Shown: positions 53,272 to 61,405 of the stretch, one piece after another
Numbering within the stretch: the first letter of the stretch is position 1
How the letters are laid out: each line of letters starts with the position of its first letter
Assembly: GCA_039621445.1 (NCBI GenBank)
Contig: CP154954.1
Coordinates: 1,178,001 to 1,242,000 of the forward strand
Reading direction: 5' to 3'
DNA: 64,000 nt
Source: Euglena gracilis
Taxonomy: Eukaryota
Position numbers and translations under genes: made by a program
The notes under the pieces: generated by a model
Told to the model about the DNA's origin: nothing
Database searches by the model: none
Seen by the model: the letters and a program-made list of their open reading frames with translations, nothing else

Positions 53272-54165
53272 AAATAAAAAAATAAATCATTTTTTGAAAA
53301 CCTCAAACTTCCATATCTCCATTATGCAAAAAAAAAAAAAAAATGAAAAAAAAAATTTGCAAACCTTCAATTCGAACTTGCGACCCACTACGATGAAGTA
53401 ACATAATCACAACGTTACCAATTAAGGATTTTTTTTCTATAATAATAATTTTTTTAAAAAAAAATGAGTGTAAAAAATATAAAAATCTTAATTAAAAAAA
53501 AAAATAATAACAAATAACAACTTTTTAAAAAATATAAAAAAATAGATCATTAAAATATATCTTAACTACAATTTCGTTGTAGGTTAAATTTTAAAAAATC
53601 CCGAAGTAAATTGCAAGAACTCTGGAATCAAGGAAAAATATATAAGCAAAAAAAATAACACAGTTTTGCTTAAAGAAAAAAATAAATTTTCTGAATAAAT
53701 ACATCCTAAAAATCATAAATAAAATGTAAGAAATTGCTTTTTTTGATGAATAATAAGTTAAAATCCTCAAAACTACCGAATCCTGTCTTAATAAAAACAT
53801 GCCAATTTTTACCCGGCACTATTGAATGCATAAAAATCTCCCATAAATAAAATCACCGAATTTTAGAACAACCCCCCCCTATTTGCAAAAAAAAAAAAAA
53901 AAATGAAAAAAAAAATTGCAAAACCCAAATTCGAGCTGTCGTACTAATTACGATACTGAAATGTAGTTACCACATAGTCTACAAAGCATTTTTTTTTTTC
54001 TAAAAAAATAATAAAAAAAATTGACCTATTTTTATATAAAAAACCATGTGTTAAGGAAATAATATTACGTATAAAAAACGTAGTGACTACTAATAATTAT
54101 GTATCAAGTTATTTAATACATAAAAAATTTAATATATTGATATTTTTCTTTGAAATCGAAAATAG
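53253..54165. repeat. ~910-bp direct repeat, copy 1
   Basis: Near-identical to 54522-55433 (offset ~1269; identical 69-aa spurious ORFs at 53591 and 54860). Confidence 0.92.
53706..53844 (-). pseudogene. truncated paralog of the ORF351 N-terminus
   Basis: MGDF/(frameshift)MHSIVPGKNWHVFIKTGFGSFEDFNLLFIKK..FIYDF*; a second copy starts at 55113. Confidence 0.75.
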
Positions 54166-54192
54166 TATGTATTGACATCAGAGGTAATTTTT

Positions 54193-54540
54193 TTACTCCT
54201 CCGTTTTTTGCATTTCTATAATAGTATTATCTGTGTATAAGTTACGCGGTAACTCAACTCCTTTTTCCTCAAGAAATTTTTCAATAAACTCATAAAATTG
54301 CTTTTCTCTTTGCTTAGAATCATATTCATATGATTCGCCATACTGTTTTCTGCGACGTTTTTCAGCAATTTCGTTTCTCAGAACAACATCTTCCCAACTA
54401 AAAAGTTGATCATTAGGTTTTTTTTCATTAAAAATAGGATAATCATTTCTTTCTAATTCCTTTTTATCTTCCATTAATTTTTGATAATCCCTTTCGGGAA
54501 CCATTGAGCACATAAAATAAAACATAATAAAATCTCCCAT
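54193..54540 (-). CDS. hypothetical protein, 115 aa, mosaic paralog of ORF351
   Basis: MGDFIM..SMVP start; MEDKKELERND..FNEKKPNDQ matches TEEKKELEIND..FNVLKANDQ of ORF351. Confidence 0.6.
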   Translation of the reverse strand: MGDFIMFYFMCSMVPERDYQKLMEDKKELERNDYPIFNEKKPNDQLFSWEDVVLRNEIAEKRRRKQYGESYEYDSKQREKQFYEFIEKFLEEKGVELPRNLYTDNTIIEMQKTEE

Positions 54541-55433
54541 AAATAAAAAAATAAATCATTTTTTGAAAACCTCAAACTCCCATATCTCCATTATGCAAAA
54601 AAAAAAAAAAATGAAAAAAAAAATTGCAAACCTTCAATTCGAACTTGCGACCCACTACGATGAAGTAACATAATCACAACGTTACCAATTAAGGATTTTT
54701 TTTTTCTATAATAATAATTTTTTTTAAAAAAAATGAGTGTGAAAAATATAAAAATCTTAATTGAAAAAAAAAATAATAACAAATAACAACTTTTTAAAAA
54801 ATATAAAAAAATAGATCATTAAAATATATCTTAACTACAATTTCGTTGTAGGTTAAATTTTAAAAAATCCCGAAGTAAATTGCAAGAACTCTGGAATCAA
54901 GGAAAAATATATAAGCAAAAAAAATAACACAGTTTTGCTTAAAGAAAAAAATAAATTTTCTGAATAAATACATCCTAAAAATCATAAATAAAATGTAAGA
55001 AATTGCTTTTTTTGATGAATAATAAGTTAAAATCCTCAAAACTACCGAATCCTGTCTTAATAAAAACATGCCAATTTTTACCCGGCACTATTGAATGCAT
55101 AAAAATCTCCCATAAATAAAATCACCGAATTTTAGAACAACCCCCCCTATTTGCAAAAAAAAAAAAAAAATGAAAAAAAAAAATTGCAAAACCCAAATTC
55201 GAGCTGTCGTACTAATTACGATACTGAAATGTAGTTACCACATAGTCTACAAAGCATTTTTTTTTTTCTAAAAAAAATAATAAAAAAAATTGACCTATTT
55301 TATATAAAAAACCATGTGTTAAAGAAATAATATTACGTATAAAAAACGTAGTGACTACTAATAATTATGTATCAAGTTATTTAATACATAAAAAATTTAA
55401 TATATTGATATTTTTCTTTGAAATCGAAAATAG
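54522..55433. repeat. ~910-bp direct repeat, copy 2
   Basis: Near-identical to 53253-54165. Confidence 0.92.
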
Positions 55434-55442
55434 AAAGGAATA

Positions 55443-56114
55443 TTACTCGGGGGTTAATGCATCCTTATAATAATTAAATGGGATTTCTATAACCTCAACA
55501 AATCCATCCCCCACATTACAGTTGGATGAAACTGCTAGATCTTGTGAAGTAAACATTTTTTCTTCAGGAACAAACGTTCGGCCCAAATTCCCCCCAGGTA
55601 TTTGACCGGGTGCTGACATTGACTGCCCGTATGGGTAGACAAATCCTGTTTGCAAAGTCGGATTAAATTGTAACATATCATTGCTAACCGGCTGACCTCT
55701 TTTTACGGTTTCAGCAATTGCATATGCATTAGCTACACACATACTTAAATAGAAACCAGTTTGCACGATCCTTTTCATCACAATAAATGTTCTTGGAGTT
55801 AACCATAAAGTGCTTAATGAACCCTCTAGGTCATAACCCTCTTCCAATAAAATTTTATCAAAATCAGTTGACCAAAAATCAGGATTGAAAATTGAAAAAT
55901 CTTCAACTTTGAAACTTTGTTCGATAGAAGGAATATTTACTGGGTCTTGACTTGACTTTAAATCATCTTCGGAACGATTGTCTTCAGAATTATCATTTTT
56001 TTGATCATGATTAAAAGAGAAAAAAGAAGCCAAGATTTTTGAAGATTCTTTAAGTACACCAAAAAATTTAAATGCAAAATTAAATGCGCAATAACCAGAA
56101 AAACTAATTACCAT
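55443..56114 (-). CDS. hypothetical protein, 223 aa (may extend 5' across a homopolymer indel at ~56162-56170)
   Basis: Open frame with higher GC than its flanks; has a codon-conserved inverted paralog at 57913-58176. Confidence 0.7.
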   Translation of the reverse strand: MVISFSGYCAFNFAFKFFGVLKESSKILASFFSFNHDQKNDNSEDNRSEDDLKSSQDPVNIPSIEQSFKVEDFSIFNPDFWSTDFDKILLEEGYDLEGSLSTLWLTPRTFIVMKRIVQTGFYLSMCVANAYAIAETVKRGQPVSNDMLQFNPTLQTGFVYPYGQSMSAPGQIPGGNLGRTFVPEEKMFTSQDLAVSSNCNVGDGFVEVIEIPFNYYKDALTPE

Positions 56115-56789
56115 AATTACGGCAATTTTGGAAATAAAATTCTTACTATAAAATATTTTAATTTTTTTTTAAAACTCCAAAGCCTTCAACGAAGGGTCGT
56201 TTTTCAAAATTTCATTTTTAGAAATTTCAACGGACTTGATTACTTTTAATGTTCTGTTACCAACTTGAAACAAAAAATTACAGTAAAGCGCATATTGGAT
56301 ATAATTTTTCGAAATTATCAATAAAGCCAAAAGAAAAACTTTTGGATCGTTTTTTTTTTTTTACTATCCTTAGAAAATTCCTAAGGAAAAAAATTAAATT
56401 GTAAAAAGATAAACTAGTATTAACTAACAAATAAATTTTATAATAATTTGTTTGAAAAAAATACAATAAAATTGCATTGCAGGTAGCCAACGAATATCGA
56501 TTAATTAAAATAGATTTTACTTTAATTATATAGTTCATAAAAGAGTGTAAAAAAACAAAATTTCTAAAGAAATACATCGTAAAAATCATAAAATGAATAT
56601 AAGAAATCGTTTTTTTTGCTTTTAATTTTCTTTACCTATTTCTATGAATGTGTCATAAAAAATAAAAAAATAATAATTCTTAATAAAACTAAAAAAAATA
56701 CAAAAAAAAAATAGATCATTGAATATATATCAATAACTATATTTTAATTGCATTGTAAGTTAAATGCAAAAAATATCCCGAAGTAATTT

Positions 56790-57731
56790 TATATATATAC
56801 CCTATATATACCAATGTACTTATATATACTTATGTATAATTATATATACTATATATAACAATATACTTATATATATTAATGTAATTATATATATTATATA
56901 TACTATATATACCAATGTACTTATATATATTAATGTACTTATATATATTATATATACTATATATACCAATGTACTTATATATATTAATGTACTTATATAT
57001 ATTATATATACTATATATACCAATGTACTTATATATATTAATGTACTTATATATATTATATATACTATATATACCAATGTACTTATATATATTAATGTAC
57101 TTATATATATTATATATACTATATATATCAATGTACTTATATATATTAATGTACTTATATATATTATATATACTATATATACCAATGTACTTATATATAT
57201 TAATGTACTTATATATATTATATATACTATATATACCAATGTACTTATATATATTAATTTACTTATATATATTATATATACTATATATACCAATGTACTT
57301 ATATATATTAAATGTACTTTTATATATTATATATACTATATATACCAATGTACTTATATATATTAATGTACTTATATATATTATATATACTATATATACC
57401 AATGTACTTATATATATTAATGTACTTATATATATTATATATACTATATATACCAATGTACTTATATATATTAATGTACTTATATATATTATATATACTA
57501 TATATACCAATGTACTTATATATATTAATGTACTTATATATATTATATATACTATATATACCAATGTACTTATATATATTAATGTACTTATATATTATAT
57601 ATACTATATATACCAATGTACTTATATATATTAATGTACTTATATATATTATATATACTATATATACCAATGTACTTATATATATTAATGTACTTATATA
57701 TATTATATATACTATATATACCAATGTACTT
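56790..57731. repeat. 54-nt VNTR, ~17 copies (classical replication-origin-associated region of E. gracilis cpDNA)
   Basis: Unit ACTATATATACCAATGTACTTATATATATTAATGTACTTATATATATTATATAT. The origin association is literature knowledge, not visible in the sequence. Confidence 0.95.
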
Positions 57732-57767
57732 AAATGGTCTTTACTGAATATTTTCTACATCAGTCCC

Positions 57768-57870
57768 CTTGGTGACCAAGCAAGGGGCACATTTACTATA
57801 ATGTGTACACTAAAAGCGCGCTTTGTAGGATTCGAACCTACTACATCAGGTTTTGGAGACCTACGCCTTA
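57768..57870 (-). repeat. orphan 103-bp copy of the rrn leader including pseudo-trnW
   Basis: Identical to 50777-50879; no 16S follows, and the leader points into the VNTR. Confidence 0.93.
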
Positions 57871-57912
57871 TGGTTTTTTATTGATTATTAACCCTGATTT
57901 ATTAATTATTAA

Positions 57913-58176
57913 AGTACTTTATGGTTAAATTCCGTAACGTTTATTGTAATCCAAAGAACCACACAAACTGCTTTCTATTTAGCTATGTGTGTGGCTAATG
58001 CATACGTAATTTCTTAAAGGGTAAAAAGGAAGTGAACCCATTGCCGAGGAAATGCTTAGATTCGATTCTATTGCTCAATCAGGTTGTATCCATCCATAAT
58101 CCATCCATACGTCAAGTCCGGATGGAAGAACTGGTTGGTTATTTCTGCCAGATAAAAGATGTTTACTTTCCAAGAT
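57913..58176 (+). pseudogene. inverted, disrupted paralog of ORF223
   Basis: STLWLNSVTFIVIQRTTQTAFYLAMCVANAYVIS* matches STLWLTPRTFIVMKRIVQTGFYLSMCVANAYAIAE; similarity continues to MFTFQD versus MFTSQD. Confidence 0.85.
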
Positions 58177-59728
58177 AATATTTTAAGGTTTAAGATTTCA
58201 AGATAAACAAAGTTTATAAGTGTTAGTTAATTATTACAGTTCATTATCAGAGATAGGTTTTTCAGAAAAATGATATAATGAAAAAATAGAAGATGTTTAG
58301 AGCTAACAATATTTTTACATGAGTTACATATTTAATGTAATATAAAATTGTATGTTTCGTAGGATTTTACTTAGAAACAAACAGAAATGTCTAGATATAT
58401 ATATAGAGTTTTTCTCAATTTCTATTATTCTTGTTCTTATTCAATGTTAGATTATTATTCGTGATGATAGATTATCTTACTTATTATTATTATTCCTGTA
58501 ATCACTTATGCTATTATTCTTCTGAAACGTCATATTCAAGTTACTTAATATATAATTATGGTAGACTAAATGATTGTACTCTAAAAGTTCGATCTCATTT
58601 TTTATGAATAAATACAATACTAAAAATTAATTGTAAGGTATTAAATATTAATAATATTTTGTAACTACTTTTGATTTATTCATCTGTACTTCTTGTAATA
58701 CTTCTTTATATCAAAAATGTGGGTAAATTATTTGTATTAGTTTAATCGGCAAAAAGCTTTGTTAAACAAAATTTTGCTTGTTGCTGGAAATTAAAATTTT
58801 ACGAAAATGACAATGATTACACTATTTGTGATAATAGTTTATTACTAAATATGTATATTTATACTAATATTATTTCAAAAATAGGTAATAATAATAGATT
58901 ATTTAAGATTTAAAATAATCTATATAAATACTTTATAGTAGTTATTATGTATTAAACGCGTTTTTATTATTTTTTACTGTCACTAAAATTTTTCAAGAAG
59001 CTATTAAAATTTTAAAAGTGTTATAATTTATATATTTTTAAAAATAAATTTTTGTATATATATAATTCTGTTGTACACTTTTTTGTAATAAAGTTTGTAA
59101 ATTCCAGAAAATTATATGTTTTAGAATATTTTATTTTTATTCAATTATTATTCTATGATATTTTTTATACACCCAGATAGTTTTATCTTGTTAACTCATC
59201 AATACTCATCAATATAGTAAACAATAAAAATTTTGAAAACAATGTGAATCATGTTCGTTTCAAAAGTAATCCAAGTCATTAAAATTATTACTTTGCAAGA
59301 GAATTTATGATTTGAAATTAGATTCATTTTAAAAATCAAAATTTTGAATTAATTTAATTTCCTTTTATCCATAAATAGTAATTTAAAATTCAAAATTAGC
59401 TTTTCTAATGTTTTTTGCTTAAACCTATAAGTTTGTCTTTAAGAAGTAAATCTAGTTCACATTTTACTTTTTCTTTTTAGTTTCATAATTTTTCAAAGTC
59501 TATATTATTATTTTAACTAATAATAAAATTTTTACATAATTATGTAAAAAACAAAAAATCAATATCAACTATTGTTTTGTAAGATTTCAATCTACGACAT
59601 CACGTTTTGGGTACTTTCCATTATTCAAATTTTGTTATAAATTTAACATTTTTCAAAATAAAAGACGTTGATTTTAATCTAGATATATATTGCAACTTTT
59701 TTATTAACGTTTTTTATTTCGAGAGTTT

Positions 59729-59807
59729 TACCTTCGACCGGACTCGAACCGGCAAGCTTATGCATGTGATTTTGAATCACACGTGTTTACCATTTCACCA
59801 CGAAGGA
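59729..59807 (-). tRNA. trnL: tRNA-Leu(CAA)
   Basis: Anticodon arm TGTGA-TTCAAAA-TCACA, variable arm, T loop GGTTCGAGTCC, acceptor CCTTCG/CGAAGG. Confidence 0.93.
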
Positions 59808-59888
59808 AGAATATTTTTAACATTTTTAATGTATTTTCTGAAATACTTCTCAGAAAATGTAAATTAGTTTTCTTGTTTTAGCTATTTT

Positions 59889-61267
59889 TTAGTAATTGAA
59901 CACTTTTTTAAAGGTTTCTTGCACTTTATATCCCGAATCTATTGATTCTAAAGGGTCTTTACGTAATCGATGTCGTAAACAAAGCGTAATTACAGTGAAA
60001 ATGTCTTTAGGTGTTACTTCTGTGCGATCTTCAAATGCTACTAATGCTTTTGCTGCACGACTTGTTACCATATCTCCTCTTAGTCCATCAACATTTAGTT
60101 CAGAACAGATTTGTGATATTTTTTCTAAAAGTTCGTATTTTATTATTATGTTTTTTAATTTTTTTCTTGCATTTATAATTTTTTCCATTAGTTTATTTTG
60201 TTCTTCCTTATATTTTTCTTTGAACTCTTTAGGGCTTTTTTCAAATAGTTCTCGTTGTTGTACTATTTTTACACGAAGCGCTGGTTCCTTTAGTGTTTTA
60301 ATTTGTGCATGCATTCCGAATCTATCTAGTAATTGTGGTCTAAGTTCTCCTTCTTCAGGATTTCCTGATCCTACTAGTATAAATCTTGCAGGATGGCAAA
60401 TCGAAACTCCTTCTCTTTCTACCGTGTTCCATCCTGAAGCAGCGGAATCTAATAAAACGTCAACTAAATGGTCATCTAATAAGTTAACTTCATCAACGTA
60501 CAATATTCCTCTATTTGCTTGTGCTAGTAGACCAGGTTCGAATGCTTTTTTTCCTTCGGATATTGCTTTTTCTATATCTATTGTTCCACAAACACGATCT
60601 TCAGTTGCACCTAATGGTAAATCAACCATAGGTGTTTTAACTTGAATTATCGATACTTTTTCGTTTTTTTTTATTTTTTCTAGAACGTCATCTGACATTA
60701 ATTCTGTATCATATGGATCAGAATTATATGGGTCGTTTTCTATTACATCAATAGGTGGTAGTAAGTCAACAAGCGCTCTAACTATTGTTGACTTTCCTGT
60801 TCCTCTATCACCCATTATCATAACACCTCCTATTTTTGGATCTATTACATTTAAGATTAATGATAATTTCATAAAACTAAATTTTATTTGTTTTCAAACT
60901 ATACGTGGTTTATCCTTTTAGCTTTGTTTTTTATTTATAAATTGTTATTTTATGTTCTTTTGGATTTTCTATAGTTTTCCAAACTGCTTCCAATTAGCTA
61001 CAATAAATTTTAATAATTTACAAAATTTTTTTAGTTGTGTTGAAAATTCAGTATTTTATTTGCCAATTTGTTTTATTTTTTATTTATTAATTGTAGTTTA
61101 GAGGGTAGTAATTATTTTTAATAATAATAATTATTATTTTTTAAATTTATAATATTATTTTATTAAGTTTTTTATTTGAATGTGCAATGTGTTTAGCCAC
61201 ACATCTCTTCTTGTCCAACAATAGAAGTAAAAGGAAATACAGGCCTTTCGTTAGTTTTTTTATTCAT
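59889..61267 (-). CDS. chlI: Mg-chelatase subunit I, 348 aa, 2 exons (61267-61203, 60870-59889)
   Basis: [21 protein letters not shown]+MKLSL; Walker [10 protein letters not shown], Walker B ILYVDEVN; 332-nt intron GTGTGG...TTAGTTTTAT. Confidence 0.97.
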
Positions 61268-61405
61268 AGTAAATTGATAGATTGTTATGCAATATTTTTT
61301 GCTTGTGTTCCCTTTTTTAGTATATAAATAGGGGATCTTAATACCTAAAATTAGCTCTTTAGTTAATATTAGAGATTACTTATTTTATATTACAAAATAT
61401 TATTT

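Noticed and set aside
53591-55069. Duplicated 69-aa ORFs (MFLLRQDSVV...)
   Set aside because: Mostly an alternative frame of the truncated MGDF paralog inside the direct repeat.
54060-55336. Geminivirus nonanucleotide TAATATTAC at 54060-54068 and 55328-55336
   Set aside because: Tempting next to Rep, but there is no flanking stem, and such an AT-rich 9-mer is expected several times by chance. The two hits are one site duplicated.
56764-57884. Tyr/Ile-rich ORFs and a possible CRISPR array
   Set aside because: The 54-nt unit is a multiple of 3 and so yields open frames; there are no unique spacers and no cas genes.
58200-59700. AT-rich 1.5-kb gap before trnL
   Set aside because: No ORF, repeat or structure that I could support by eye.
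59896-60645. 249-aa + strand ORF
   Set aside because: Antisense shadow of chlI.
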